60,000 nt of DNA, taken from NCBI GenBank assembly GCA_038087875.1, contig CM075990.1, positions 9,364,001-9,424,000 on the forward strand, read 5' to 3'. Positions within the stretch are counted from its first letter, which is position 1; each line of letters begins with the position of its first letter. The stretch comes from Malacoraja senta. Taxonomy: Eukaryota. The notes beneath the pieces are model-generated. The model had not been told where the DNA came from. It saw nothing but the letters and a program-made list of their open reading frames with translations, and did no database searches. A program made the position numbers and the translations under genes. This document shows, one piece after another, positions 37,431 to 52,327 of the stretch.

Positions 37431-40400
37431 GCTCTGTTCCAGATTATTTCAAAATGCTTCCTCACCTTGGTTATGCTTCAAGATTTTTCCTTCTTTATTA
37501 AACCTTTGCAATCCTCCACTTTACCCCTACATCTCTTCGCAAGATAGGATACATTCTATCCGAATAGGGCGACTTCCATTTTAATTACCTCAAATTTAAT
37601 TCTCAAATTTTATTTATTCTATATCCCAGGATAAAGGCTTATATTTTAATGATAGCGTTTACTCACCTACATAAAAACAATTTGAATTAAATTCAGATTC
37701 TAAAAATAAAATGTGAAATGCCTTGGGTAATTTTGAATCAAATGGCCTAGTAAATCTCCAAATTCGAAGCATTTTTCTTAAAGGACATCTTGAACCTCAA
37801 ATTTATTTTCATTCAAGTGAATTCAAACATTTAATCTGTACAGGAATTATCTTTTTAAAGCCTATTCTTTATTTCTCCACTCAGGTAGAGAAGCTTTGTC
37901 AGCAGGTAACAACCTGCAAAAAAACTTTTATTTAAATATGAGTGACAACAAAATCAGATTTAATATGACCATTCCAGTGTACTTATGGGACATTTAGAAG
38001 ATCACTTCTCATACCATCAGCAATTCCATGGAGCACCACCATCAAAAAATAAACTGTTATCTATTGGGGGATTGAAAAAACTATAATCACTAAGCTATCT
38101 TTTCATTATCACCTGTAGATTAAAATATTATTTCTTCCCAGCACACTGTTTTGTCCATCAACAAAATATATTTAATATCCTCATGCATCATGTAATTATC
38201 GTGATGGTACTTAAGTTCAAGAAAATGCTCACATTTATTTTTCCACACAGTGAAAGAGGTCATATTTTCAGCAGCATCCAAGAAGAAAGCAATTTTCAGC
38301 AGCAGTTCACACTAGCACTATACAAGATCCAACTATATGGCATATATTCTGCATGCTTTTAAATATCTTTCCCTTCACATAATGGAGAAATTGCTTTTAC
38401 ATGTCACCAAATCCAAAACAGGGGTCATGAAAATGTATTTGGACAAATATAATAATTTCATAACTTTTATTTACGCAAAGAGTAGAGATAATGTGGAATC
38501 CACTGATATGAAAATTGTGTGAAGTAGATAAAATGGATACTTTTAAATGGAGGCATGATGACAAAGGAAAAGAATCAGGGTATGCAGAAGTAATCAAAGT
38601 GAGAGAACTCATGTGGATAGTACAAACATTTATGCCGACACAAATCAAAATTCTTAGGTTCAATGTTGAGATTCCATACAACCCTGTCAGAAGGCTGTAT
38701 TTACACATGACAGTTGGCAACACTTAACGGAAAAGCACTTCTACAATGGCAGTAAAAAGATGACAAATTTTAGTGACGTTTTTTTAATATGGAATAATAC
38801 TGTGGCAACAATTGATTGTGACAAGAATTTAAATAGGATCTGACCGTTATAGCTCATCTGTTGAAATACATAATTACAAGGGCCGTAGACCCAAAATATT
38901 GATGTTTTCTCTTTCCAGAGATACTGCTTGGCTTGCTGAGTTTGAATGCCATGATTACAGCAACCTTGAGATATCCTAGCATGATCTGCTCTTCACAACG
39001 TCAGTCTATCCATTTCATCCACTCGTTCTACTTCCACCTGACTTAATCTGAAATACTGCCATTATATTTTGCGCTTTGTCATCATTCAGCTTCAGCAACC
39101 CTGATAGTAAATGTCCAAAAAAATAGTCCCATCTCTATTCTGGCACCATACGCGATCACATTCAGAGTACGTCACGTGATAACTGATGTCAGTCAATGAA
39201 AAATAATAAAGACAACATCGTCAAAGGGTAGCACGTTTCTTCATTGTTGAAAACTCCTATATAATCCCTGTGTTCATCATTATTACCATGCTGAAAACTG
39301 CCCACTTTTTTCAACAGATATATTTGCTTTAGACCAAACCTTGATTTTAGTCATTTGGATCTGCCATATTTTCACTGTGTGCACTCTTTGAATGATATCA
39401 GTTGCATGTTACAATAGCCCAAAACATAAGCTGTTGGAAGAACTCAGAGGGTCAGGCAGCATCTGTAGAAAGAAATAGACACCAATGTTTCAGATTTGCA
39501 GACTGCTGTCTGACCCACTGAGTTCTTCCACCACTTAAGATTCCAGCATCTGCAGATTCTTGTGTTTTCATAAAATGTCCTTGTGCACTGAAAACAAATC
39601 TCTTGAAGATCTTGATTGGTTCTCCATTATTCACTCTTCCTTCACCCAGGATTTACAAAATTATACACTTTTCACTGTCTTTCATTATTATTTCTCTTCC
39701 ATAATACATATTCTTTTGTTCGCCCACATCATTACCAGACAAGAAAGAACAATCTGTTCAGTCCACATCTAAGTGGGCCAGATCACCATCTAGTTTACTT
39801 TCATTCAGAGAGCTTAATCTTTTCGTTTCAGTACAATGTTCTTTCAGCACTCAGAGGCAAATAACTTAATCCTATTCCAAATATCAAATTTAATTTTGTA
39901 AACCCTGTATTCTGATGTTAATTACTTACTTAAATGCATATTTCGATCTGCACACTAAGTGATCCAATTCAGGTTTTTTTCCTATAATTAATTGGAAATA
40001 ACAATGCTATAAGAATAATTATTTTTAATATTGAATGTAATTTGGAAACTCAATTCTATTTCAAATGCAATCAAAGGTATTTTTTTCTGTCAAGCGAATC
40101 TTGTGCAGTTATAGCATTGTTTAAAGAGCTTGCATTCGTGATATTTGTCAAACTTTTCAATGACGACCTACTGTCATTAACTTCACATGGCAAAGAATCA
40201 GGGCATTCAACATCACAAATAAAAATTGTGGGTATCCAAAATTTTAAGAAATAGATTGATTATGAAGATGGTATTCCAAAATAATTCACTGTCAGAATTG
40301 CAATAAAACAATTATCTTCTGAGTTATTGTTCAGACTTTTCATATTGCAAACTACATTTTCCACAGCTCTTAGCCAATGTTCATAAAACGTTCATGTTCA

Positions 40401-40584
40401 TAAAACCCCACAATGTTTTGGAGAAGATATTTATTTGTGCTCGCCTTGAACTTCTTAACTCCGTTACTTTTGATTTCTTCCACAAAATATAATTGAATTT
40501 TCTCTCCTAAAAATCTCAGAGACAATGCTTTCCCAGAAAGATTCTAGGTTGTATTATCAATTTAATTATAAATGCAGCTTCACT

Positions 40585-41260
40585 TCAAGAGTCAAGATTG
40601 TTTTATTATCAAATGTGCCAAAACAGAACAATGTAATTCTTATTTGAAGTAGCACAACAGGTTTGTAAACACAGTACTCAATAGATAATATAATAAACAA
40701 AAAATATTCTATAAATCAAAAACCGAATATAGTGCAAAAATAAAAATAACGCCTCAAGTCCCTACCAAGTCAGTTCATAGTTCTGACTTTAGTTGGAGTT
40801 TGTAATGTTCAATAGCCTGATGGTTGTTGGGAAGACGCTGTTCCTAAACTGTCAGTACCATTTTTAGACTCCTATACCTTCTTCCCAATAGCAGGAGTGA
40901 AATGAGAGCTTTTGATGATGATGATGATGATGATGCTGGCTCATTTTTAGAGACAGCGCCTCCAAAAAGTCCCTACGATGGTAGGGAGATCAGTACTCGT
41001 GATTGATCGGCCAGTGTTATCTATCTTTCTCCTTCGTCCCTCGGCGTTCGGGTTGCCAAACCAATCTTCTAAGGAAGTAGAGGCATTGATGGATTTGCTT
41101 TATGATTGCATCAATATGCTGGGTTCAAGACAGACCTTCAGAGAGTTGTTGACTCTCTCCACCACTGACCCACTGATGACAACAGGTCTGTGTGTTGGTC
41201 TTCCTCTTCTAAAGTCAACAATCAGTTCCTTGGTTTTACTGACGTTGAGAGTTATTGTGG
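40585..41260 (-). mobile_element. Degenerate Rex/Babar LINE fragment
   Basis: LNVSKTKELIVDFRR motif; tcttgactcttga tail. Confidence 0.7.
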
Positions 41261-41650
41261 AGCAAGATGGCAGAGGCAGCGGCAGGTACAATTACAATAT
41301 TTAAAAGAGACTTGAACAGCTACATGGAAAGGAAGGGTTTGGGGGGGGATATGGACCAGACATATGCAAGTGGGACCAGCTCAGTTAGGCAAATTTGATG
41401 GCATGAACGAGTGGGCTGAAGAGCCTATTTCCATGCTATGTAGTTCTGTGACTCGATGATTGGTCATTAACATAATAGCGAAACCAAAAGTCTTTTCAGC
41501 TATGATCTCCTGTGGTTATAATTCAGTAAAACATTGGGCCAAACATTGTGCCATGTAACTTTAGACCAAGTTGGGGCATAACAGACATGATTTTTATCAT
41601 GAGGCAGGTCGAAGGAAAAATATTTATTTGCCTCGTTGCCCTGTTCTTTA

Positions 41651-41955
41651 TGGGGCTGTCCCACTGTCCGAGTTCTCCTGAGTTTCCCCTAATTCGAACT
41701 CGGAGAATTACGGTAATAGCGCTCGTAGGTACTCGGGGCTCTCGTGGACATTTTTCAACATGTTGAAAAATCTTCACGAGTCTTCCCGAGCTTACCGTGT
41801 TTCCCGAGTACCTGCTGTTAGTGTTACGAACTGCTAAGAGACGTCCCGATCTCCGACGTACCCGCTCCGTACATTCTACGTGCTTACCACAAGTTTGATT
41901 TTTTTTTTTTACTCGGGAGAGCTCTTGAATTAGCTCGTACAGTGGGACAGCCCCT
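41651..41955. mobile_element. PIF/Harbinger-type MITE
   Basis: TIRs ggggctgtcccactgt / acagtgggacagcccc; TTA on both flanks. Confidence 0.8.
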
Positions 41956-43194
41956 TTACTGAGATCAAAGATAAGTACAAATAGCTGAGATATATAATAA
42001 TTCCCTTTGCTTGACAATTCATCCAACAGTTTGTTTTTGTAACATTAAACAAATCTTGCATTTTCACATTTTGCCCCTTCATTAAATAATTAACATTTGT
42101 GGGCAGAACTGGAAAACAAAGTTCAGACCCTTTGACCCAATCAGAGTGGAAATGCTGTTGAAACCCCATCCTAGTTGGACCTGAAATGTTATCAAATGCA
42201 AATTAAACATCCCCAAATAACTTGCATGGAGAATAGAAACGGCAGAATAAAGGATCGACGGAACAAATATTTCAAAGACAAGTTAAGAATAGTTTGAAAG
42301 GGCAGAGATAGATCAGTACTTGATAAGCAATACCATGCTTACCTTGTGGAATCTTATCAAATGCCTTGCTGGTGTCCATATAGGCAACATCTATAGCTAT
42401 AGCTTTGCTCTCATCAACTTTTTGTTACTTTTTCTAAAATCTTAAGATTTGTAAGGCACAACCTTCCACGTACAAAGCAATGCTGACAATCCCTAATCAG
42501 CTCCCCTTTTATCCAAATGCATATGTATATTATCCCCTGGAACACCCTCATGTAACCTGCCTACATCAGATATTAACCTCTTTTTTAAAACCTTTTATAC
42601 GATTTCACAAAAGGAATTCTCCAAGGTATGTTTTTTCACACATCTTTTCTTAGGGCAAGTTTCTAAGTTTATCTCCTTGTGCAAGAGAATGAGGTCAAAA
42701 TGAGAATGAGCTACCTTGTGAAACTTGTTGAAAATAATCTGAAATAAAGAGGTAAAGGATAAAAATGAAATAGCAATGCAGGGATATTTGTTTACACCCG
42801 CCCTTGTAAATTTTCAGACTAGTTTTTTCCCAGAACAATAACCAATAAACCTTTACAGCCTTACATACGTTATATCCATCAGTCATGGTCTCTCCATTTT
42901 GCGAGGTTTCGTAAAAAAATACACACCAAATATATTTGTAAAATGTGTAATTGAATACATAAATAAAAAAATGTAATAACAGAGCTAATCGAGTGGCATT
43001 TCCATTCCTAATCTTTTAAAGGTGTCTAACCAAAGCTTTCATTTTGTTTCCAGTTTATTCCATTTTCAAGAATTAGTTGGACCATAGAACAAAAATGTGC
43101 ATCAAAAGATACAGTATTTTTAGACAGACAGTGCCTCCCAATGGCAAAGCAGCAGACTCTTCTAATTAGAAATGCTGTTCAACATCACACTAAG

Positions 43195-43745
43195 GGGAGA
43201 ATGCTGAAACCGTGGCTGACAAAGGAAATCAAAGACAGCATAAAGCAAAAAACAGGCATACAATGTGGCAAAGATTAGCGAGAAGCTAGAGGATTGAGAA
43301 GCTTTTAAAATCCATCAGAAGGCAATTAAAATAACAATTTAAAATAACAATAATGAGAAAAAAGATGAAATATGAAGCTAGCCAATAATATAAAAGAGGA
43401 CACTAAAAGTTTTTTTCCGATATATAAAGAGTAAAAAAGAGGCAAGAGTGGACATTGGTCCAATGGAAAATGATGCCGGAGAAATAGTAATGGGGAACAA
43501 AGAAATGGCAGATGAACTGAATCATTGTTTTGCGCCAGTCTTCACATTGGAAGATACCAGCAACATGACAGATATTCAAGAGAATCAGGGTGGGCAGAAG
43601 TGAGTACAATCACTATTACCAAGAAAGTGATTGGGAAGCTGAAAGGTCTAAAGGTGGATAAATCACCTGGACCGGATGGACTACACCCCAGGGTTCTGAA
43701 AGAAGTAGATATTGTGGAGGCATTAGTTGTGATCTTTCAAGATTC
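43195..43745 (+). mobile_element. Degenerate internal CR1 ORF2 fragment
   Basis: KSPGPDGLHPRVLKE motif. Confidence 0.8.
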
Positions 43746-44540
43746 AAGAATTTGCAACTATCATTGCTTATTTCTTGAGCACTTTCAAGAAGATCAATTG
43801 ATTTTTAAACACTAAGCAAATAAGACAATTGATCAATAACAATGCATGATTTTAATAAAATGCTAGTGCAGGTCAAAGGCATTCTTATTTATTACGTTCA
43901 GTGCAAAATTGGTTAGATCAGGCAGATGGAAACATGCACTGGGTTATCCACATATGAAATAGATGAATTCCAGATCATCGAGGGACATGGTCTATTTATG
44001 CAAAGTGCTCTAAATTATTTGAAACAAATTAGTTGTGAAGTATATGTCCTGGTAATATGTACTCATTTTAGCTTGCATCAAATATTGAACAAAAACATTT
44101 AAAAAATTGGATGAATTCTGGATAAGGCTAGTGAAATGACTTCTGTTATGTTCAGCATTAAGAGTGCTTCAATAATAAAAATCTATCACCGCTGTAATAA
44201 ATGAGAATACTTTATTTAGATATCTCTTATTCTTCACCATGAATACCTCACCATTTGTAATTGTTTGCTTAAAGTGATCTCAAGTATGGGCCCTGATGTA
44301 TTACAACTGTGTTCTTTTTGCAAAGAAATGCATTTTTGTATTGCTAAAGATGTTGATATCACAAAAACACAGTGTAAGGAAAAGTGGGAATTCTTGCATT
44401 GAAAAGCAACAGATGTCACACAAGGCCTTAATGGCATTTACATGCATTATTTTCAGTTAAATGTGCTGAAAATAAATACTATTTCTTTGGACAAAGCACT
44501 GATGAGTTCTGTTGTAATGGAGGAGAAAAGCTTCACTTAC

Positions 44541-44631
44541 CCATTTTGCAAGGGGCATCCTCAGGCAGATCAACATCTAACATGAGGTCATCTTCATCCA
44601 GATCACCTGACTCCAGGTTATTCAGTATATC
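44541..44631 (-). CDS. CCSER2: Internal coding exon (91 nt) of coiled-coil serine-rich protein 2
   Basis: Pyrimidine-rich acceptor ...tgtag| and donor |gtaagt; encodes DILNNLESGDLDEDDLMLDVDLPEDAPCKM, matching from recall the CCSER2 motif DEDDLMLDVDLPEDAP (CCSER1 has LMLDLEFLEE instead). Confidence 0.85.
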
Positions 44632-45771
44632 CTACACATGGATAAAAGGGTAAAAAATGCCTTAGAAATGTGCTCAAAGGGAAGCTACTTTTCCTTTTAA
44701 TCAGACAGAAAAGATATAAATAGAGTTTTGTTGCTTAAATCAACTTTTCACAGTCATGTTTCACTGAAATATCCTTCATGTTTTTTGTTTTATGTCAAAA
44801 ATGTTGCGTTTATTCTATTTCTCAATTATTAACTTACGTAATGTTAACGTGGTTTCCAAACAGTAACACTAACAGCAGTATAACCTACTAAATTAAAATA
44901 TCAATGGTTGATGGGGGCAAGATGTTACAAGTACCAGAGCTGCATTATCGTTGGTTAAAAAGTAAAGACAAATTTCAAGAACTAGAAGAGAGGTTACTTT
45001 TTTCCTTTTCTTTAAGCATTAAAAATAATACTGGCATTGAAATAAAGCAGAATATACTGCAAACATACAGTTGGTCAGATCGCATTGCAGAAACAGGGCT
45101 AACATTTCAAGTTGATAAACTTTTGACACTGCATCATTTTGCTTTGGACTTCTGATGTCACTTTGTTCTGTTATATTTTTTGTTGCACTGACAACTCAAC
45201 AATACATTTTAAAATATATATTTTTTAATCTATTTCTGCATATAAAACAATATTGAAGGCAGAGGAGTTTAAAAGTACACTACCTGAAATGTTATGATAA
45301 CAGCAAAGACCTCTCCTCTCCCTTGTCATCTCTCTCATTTTGCCTTCCTATTCCATTAAGGTCAATGAGCACATTAGTATGGATTCACCTTTGTCTAAAC
45401 AATAGCTTCAACGATTAACTTTTACAAAGTGTAGGCCAGGCATCAAAAGATATTAGAGTTTAATTCAAAAAGGTATAACTTTTATCCTATACAAGGAGAA
45501 AGTGAATTTAGTCAGTGTGAATCACCAAATAATCAGTCCAATGTGATATGAAAGTAAAGGTATTGGAAGAGAGATTCCAGTATGCCAATGTGAAAAAGGG
45601 TGTGTAGTATAAATCAGTTGGGAAATGAACTAGAGAACTGCAATTGCCCAATGTATAGTCAGCCGTTTTAAAGCGAGATGTCTATTTTGCAGTCGAAAAT
45701 CTGCTGCATTTTGAATTGCAATCAATATGTTCACCTTTTGTTGGATCAAAGGTATGGAATTACATAAGCAG

Positions 45772-45866
45772 AAGATAGACACAAAAAGCTGGAGTAACTC
45801 AGCGGGACAGGCAGCATCTCTGGAGAGAAGGAATGGGTGACTTTTCGGGTCGAGACCCTTCTTCTG
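45772..45866 (-). mobile_element. Penelope pLTR-derived fragment
   Basis: Same arm sequence as 12958-13050. Confidence 0.75.
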
Positions 45867-45899
45867 AAGGATAATTCAGTGCACATGTCCAAGCAATCA

Positions 45900-47550
45900 T
45901 CGGCATGAAATCTGATCTTGCAAACCAACCAAACATGTTGGCTTTCAAAGAATTGTTGGAGCCATGTCCCCCTTTCTTGAATGCAATTTGATTGATAGCT
46001 GTCAGTTAATTACATTCATCTTTGATTGAGAAGATCCCTCCCAGCAGCAGGATCCTCAGGCCAGAAGCGCGACTGTCATTATCCCCCGACTATACCAATA
46101 GTCCATGGGACCAACTTTGCAATCATCTCCTTTGGCTGCGGATGAGCGATTGCCACAACTCTTGGATAAAAGGAACATCTGACTTGCCGTTGGCAAAGTA
46201 CTACAAGGCAGTAACATATCACACCATGCTATTTACACTGTGCGCGTTTAGCTTTTTCCCCTCATTATAAACTTGGAGACTTTTGTCCTGAGCCATCAAG
46301 CCCACAGCTTTGGTGAAATGTAGCACCGTTTCCAGGCATCTTCCTTGGGAAGAGGGTTCTCTTCTGGCAATGGTGGTGGGAGGGAGATCCCTCCTTGATT
46401 CTCTCTCCTCCGAAGGCTCTGTATCCTCTGTTTCCTGGAGCTGGTGTCCGTTGACTGCTCCTGGTCTCCCAGAGCTGGAGTGCGCTGGGCACATCACTGC
46501 TCCCGTTATCCTGGAGCAAGGGGCTGCTGGCCTCAGCACTGCTCCTATCCTCCAGGAGCTGGGGTGCAGTGGGTGCATCAGAGTTCCCGGTCTACCGGAG
46601 CAGGGGTGTGAAGGGCATATTTATCCCCTCCCACTTGCTTGTCAGTTGGCTGCCTTTCTCCTTCCTGATATCTACATTTTTTTCACTTCCTCTGCCTCCG
46701 ACATCGGCTTCTCGAATTGGATTAATCCTACGATGGGGAGCGGTTTCTCGCGTCAATCTGTGGCAATATTCTTTTCTTGCCAGTGCCGTTGTTCTCATCA
46801 GCCCTTTGTTTCTTTGTTGACATCTTCTGTGGCTTTTTTCCCTTTGCTACTATCTGCCACATTCCTCTTGTTCTTTCCTGACTACCTCTTCCATTGACTG
46901 GGGGTGTGGGTGATGGCACTTTGTCACACACCCTCAACTTGACCTTCATCTGGTGCTTGCTGGTCCAGTTCCTGAACAGAGAGGCTGCACCTACAGCAGT
47001 GACAGCAGAGCTTCATTCCCTTTCTCCTGCAAGTCCAGGAGCAGCTTCTGCCATCCTATCCGCTGTTTGAAGTTAACTCTGAAATATTCATTACTTGGCA
47101 ATAGATGTCCTTGACCTCAAACTTTCTAGACTCCAGCAGGACCTTCTTAATGAAGAGGTCCCTTGTGAAGGGGATTCCCTCAATGAGGTATTTCACCATC
47201 ATCAACAGTGTGTTCCAGATCCATTGTCCTCCGCAGGTACCCAAAGCCACAGCGATCCTGCTTGAAGTAAATTTCTTTGATCTACAAAGAGGCATTAGTT
47301 GGTACCCAATTATCATGGATCCACTTCTCACTCAGCTAACTGAGATCACGAACTACATTGGACCCGAGGCAAAAGGACAAGAAGCATCCTGGGAGATCGG
47401 CCTCCGTGATCAACGATTCTCCCCTGCCAGTAAACTACAAGCAAAGAGGCTAAACTGGGCTTCAGTGCTGTGCACTGTGGTGTCGAATAATTGCAAGCTC
47501 CATTCCTTGACCAGGATATTAACCCATCTACCTGTTACAGTGGTTCAACA
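45900..47550 (-). mobile_element. Highly degraded L1/Tx1-clade element (ORF1 and APE start remnants)
   Basis: FTRDLFIKKVLL-like ORF1 segment; LNAHSV...DVPFIQE-like endonuclease start, with stops. Confidence 0.5.
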
Positions 47551-50500
47551 ATTCAGGGTGCAGAAATGTCTTATTAAATTTCCTACTTAATCAACGGTAC
47601 TAAAAGAAAACAAATTAGGTTTAAATCTCTTTATTGTTTAGTGGAAATTGGCTAGCACGTTTGTTTTCCGATGGCTGACACCTTTGCATACCTAATGGTG
47701 ACTTACTTCAAGGTAATAGATGTAGATTAAAGTTCTTTAACAAATTTCCAAGTGGTAATAAAGCACATAAATGGAGCCATACATTTTGTGCTTTTAGGTA
47801 GATACTATAATGTGACAGTGTAAAATACATTAATACAAAGGATTAATTGGAAACAGAATCAGCCATCCTCAACTACAAAATCCCAAACCTGCTTGAAAAG
47901 GCTAGCTATAATAACAAGCACATTTATACTCTTATAAATAAAGTGTTATCGACTTCAAATTATCCTCTTAACCTTGCTAATTGCCTTTTAACACATTCTC
48001 CCTACTTTGCCAAATCAATGTTTCATATAAAAATGCTGGAAGTTACACACCTGAGATCATGATGAAATGAGGAATGCATGGGACTTCACACAGAAATTGA
48101 ATTTCAGCAAGAGGTTCCAACCGTACATAAGAATATACATTGTTGATCTCAAACTATGACAAAATCCAGCACTCTGGTTAGAGCTGAAGCCACTTTAACA
48201 TCACAACTCTTATCGATTACGTTTCTACCAACAGCATCCATCAGCTGGATAATTTGTCAGTAAATACTGCTCACCTTTCGCTCAGCAGATTGAGCAAATC
48301 AAAATAAAGCTGATTTTGCAACTTGCTTACAAAAGGATGCCACAATCAGCTTCAGATAATTGATTCCATCCAAAAAGGAGACTTAATAAGGGATGAAGTG
48401 CATTAACAATTTGGATGCAGACTCTTCTTCAAAACTTGAAAATGAAAGTCAAATATCTTCTTTGAAACAATAGGAAAAGGTTGGGAAATGGTGGGGAGTA
48501 GACAGTAAAAAGCAAGTAATCGGTTTACATTAGTTAAAAACAGGGACGGGAAGTTGTAGGATCCGTTTGCATAATTTATTGGGAAGACCTGATAGAAAGG
48601 AGATGATAAGACAACAAAGACAAAGACAAAGAGTCTTTACTAGAAGCTGGAGAAATATTAAGAAAGCATAAAGTGTAAGTAAAGGCCCCAGAAGTAATGA
48701 AAGCCTGTTTTAAAAAGTGGAATGAAATAATCACATCAAGAAATGTTTAAAAATCCCATCATAATGCCTGACAGGTATTTGCTGAATATTTTTTCTACAG
48801 AGGGAACAACAGATTTCCAATTATTTTTTAGGAATAAGCATATACCTAAAATGCATTAATCCCACCATTTCTTTTAGTATTTTAATCATGTGGCTTACAT
48901 TAAAAAAAACATTAGCCTCAATCTTGCTCCAGCCTGCTATATCAGAACCTTAAAAGGGTCACAGCTTGCTGGCTGTAGTTGTTGCAGTAGTCTTGTTTAC
49001 TGGGGGGGGGGGGGGGGCGGGCGGGGGGGATAATGATAATCACTGAATTGTACTCTTATATATCTAGAAATATGAAATTTAAGTTACATGCCACAATGAC
49101 AGGAGACCTTTCTTAACTGCCATTCAAAAAGCATCATACAAGTAAATGTTGCAATTCATATTTTCACTGAATCAGCAAGTTTTACATTGATCAATGTTAC
49201 CATGTGAAATTTATATTTAGCATTAATTTTTGTTGAAGGTTTCACACATTAAATGTGATTGGTAACAGAATACTAAAGCTTAATTCTAGCAGAAAATGTC
49301 ATATCATATATGAACTGTAAACCTGGTCTTTAGAAAGTCACACAACACTGCCCAATATCCAAACTTATGAAAACGATCTGAAGGATGGTGAGTGAAAAGA
49401 ATTATGTCTCGTGCAGATTTTAAAAAACCCATCAGCTTCGTTTCTATGCTTTAAATAAATTAGTTACCAAAAATATAACGGATGACCAAGTCACTGGGGT
49501 ATTTCTCTCTTACCAACACCTTTTATCAGTAATCTATCTAAGAGAAAGGCAGATTAGCTCCAACTCTACACTCTGTATTAAGTAGATTAAGGACGCTCAA
49601 AATTTGTGCATCAATTTGCTCCCATTACCCTTATTCCCATTTCAGTAATCCTCCAACCTCGCCAGACCAATTACTCACCCTTCCATCTCCAACATCACCC
49701 CACAATCTACCCCACTATTTCCATCAGTCTTTTAGACGTTGTCTTATCATCTCCTTTCTATCAGGTCTTCCCAATAAATGATGCAAACGGATCCTACAAC
49801 TTGCCAGATTTTCAAAACTAGTTATTTTGTTGGTTGACCTTCTAAAACCAAGTATTGATTAAATTCCTTGTTCATGATTACAGGAATAGTATGGTGTACA
49901 GATTATTAATGAATTAATTTTAACAGTGGAACAGGATTGATCTGCTAAATATCATTCTTATTTATTTTTCCCTACTCCGCCACAGCATTAGACCATTGAA
50001 TTTGTGTAAAGTGCCAACAGATATTTATATTTTATGTGACGTCTTATGACAACTACTTCCTGCTTATAAAATTTGTTATTTTTTTCCTCCTAATTTTGTG
50101 CCCACATCTTCCTTTTCAAATTTCTATGTAGTTAGAATGCCAATCTGGTTAAACAAACTGATAAAATACAATCATACTCATACATATATAATAATTTTGT
50201 GTAGAAGCTTCCAGCAATAAATGTGGACATAATTTCTAATGCCAAGAGCACACAGATATCAGATTTTTCAATATGTCGTGATAAATGTTCATTTTCAGTA
50301 TACAGTATACTAATGGTACAAGCTTCTCATCCTTTCAACCCATCCATTTTTGCATGAGTGCCGATGGTCATGTGTTATTCTTACTCCCTTTCCCAATCCA
50401 TTTCTCTGAGTGCCTGTATATCATACTGACAGTTTTAGTTCACATCATGAATTAATACCATTAACTTCAGAAATTCTGATGGCATCAGCTGCAAAAAATA

Positions 50501-50928
50501 AAACCAAGCAATTAATCCCACTGAGTTACAGCACAGGTACACTCCAAGCTGATGCAAGCAAACATCACATGCAAACAATTCACTCAGGCCTCATGCTGAA
50601 GTTTTGTACACAAAATTGGGGGGGAAATGATTCCATGCAATGGCCCTGATTCGCTTTTGACACTAGCTTCGCTGCTCACCAATAAAACTCATTATTAGCA
50701 TGCTGATTTCACAGATATTCCCTTACATATTCTAAGGGAAAGATTAAAATTGCTCACATTACCTCTTTTCCTTATTTGTGTTCGCCCTGAATTGTATTAC
50801 ACTGACTTTAAGCTAAGATTTTCCACAACGCACCAAAGATATACCTACAGATCTAATATGTGCTTTGAGGACAAATCCAAAATGTCAAAACAGCAACAAA
50901 AAAAAGTTAGTTATCCAAATCTATAGTG

Positions 50929-51968
50929 TAGGTATGTTACAAAACTTACCTTCAGTCGCGCTGTAATTCTGCCTCTGGCCGTGTGCGCGATTTTGGCGCC
51001 TTTAGAGGGGGGCGGGGTTAAAACGCGGTTTCTCCTCCCTTGTCCTGAATTATATTTAGTTGGAGTACAAGCCTTGGCTGACAAATCGTTCCTAGCGGCG
51101 TTTTGTGAATTTTTTATTTTTATTAAATCGTCAATGTCAGCGCTAGAGTAATTTTAAAAGCAGCTCCTGAAGCGTCAACGCCGATAACGGGGACGGATTT
51201 CACACACGGGACAGGTAAACGAAAGTGGTTTCTTTAAATGTATAAAAGTGCTTCTTAAGAAGCCTTTAATTCACATTTTTTCATGCGACACGGTGATTTT
51301 ATTCCCCGAATTAACGGCAGTATTTTTCATGCCAATACGGGGTTAAATTCACCGCAAATGAACGTTCCAAACGATCGCGTTCCAGAAATCCTCACTCGCA
51401 AGATGATTTAAATGCCCATTAATTTACAGGTATTAAACATTCAATTCCTTCCATTTGGCCTGTAAATTCATGAAAATTAGATTTAAAAATTATGTTATAT
51501 TGTGAATTATTGTGTGAATGTTATTTGGACACTTAGGCTATTTAAAAATGTTAATCTATTCTTAAGAAATTGATACATGTTTAGATCTAGTAATTGAATT
51601 TTGTAAATAGCTACAATTAGGTAACTAACTAATTATATGCTTTACTTTCATGTCTTGGAAGTAAGATTGTTTCATATTTGTTTCAAAATGCTTCAATCTA
51701 TAATAACTGAAACTTTCTTTCAGTTATCATAATTTTTAAGAAAGTTATGGGCTTTTAACTGTCCTCGATCACAGCTTTTGTGTTAAGTCAATGGAAAAGC
51801 AATAGGGAACTAGATGCTAATTTCTGAGTATGATAATGGCCATAACTTTTTTAATACTGAAGATATGAAAGTGAATTAAGTGTCAAATTAAACTTCTTTT
51901 TATGCTTTATCTGATGGGATAAATTGCAGACTTTATTTTTTAAATCTCAAAATTTTGTAACATTGCTA
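50929..51968. mobile_element. Non-autonomous TIR DNA transposon (hAT-like), 1040 bp
   Basis: Termini TAGGTATGTTACAAAA / TTTTGTAACATTGCTA; TATAGTG duplicated at 50922-50928 and 51969-51975. Confidence 0.75.
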
Positions 51969-52227
51969 TATAGTGACAATTTTGTGATACAACTAAACAT
52001 GGCACAACCAGTAGAGATGTTGCCCCGGTACCAGTGACCTAGGTTTATCAAATGTGAATCACGGAACAGTGCAGCACAGGAACAGGCCCTTCTGCCCACA
52101 ATGCCTGTGCCAAACCTGATGACAAATTAAACTAATCTCCTCAGCCTGCACGCGATTCATATCCCTCCATTTCTTGCATATCCATGTGTCTATCTAAAAA
52201 GGCTCTTATATGCCACTATCATATCCC

Positions 52228-52327
52228 CAGGTCGCCAAAACGAATTGAAAAAAAAAACCTTTGCGAGCCGGATGAATTTGGGTTACGGGCCTGATCCGAC
52301 CCGTAGGCCATAGGTTGCCGACCCCTG
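52228..52327 (-). mobile_element. hAT/Charlie-like terminal fragment
   Basis: Minus strand CAGGGGTCGGCAACC terminus. Confidence 0.45.
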
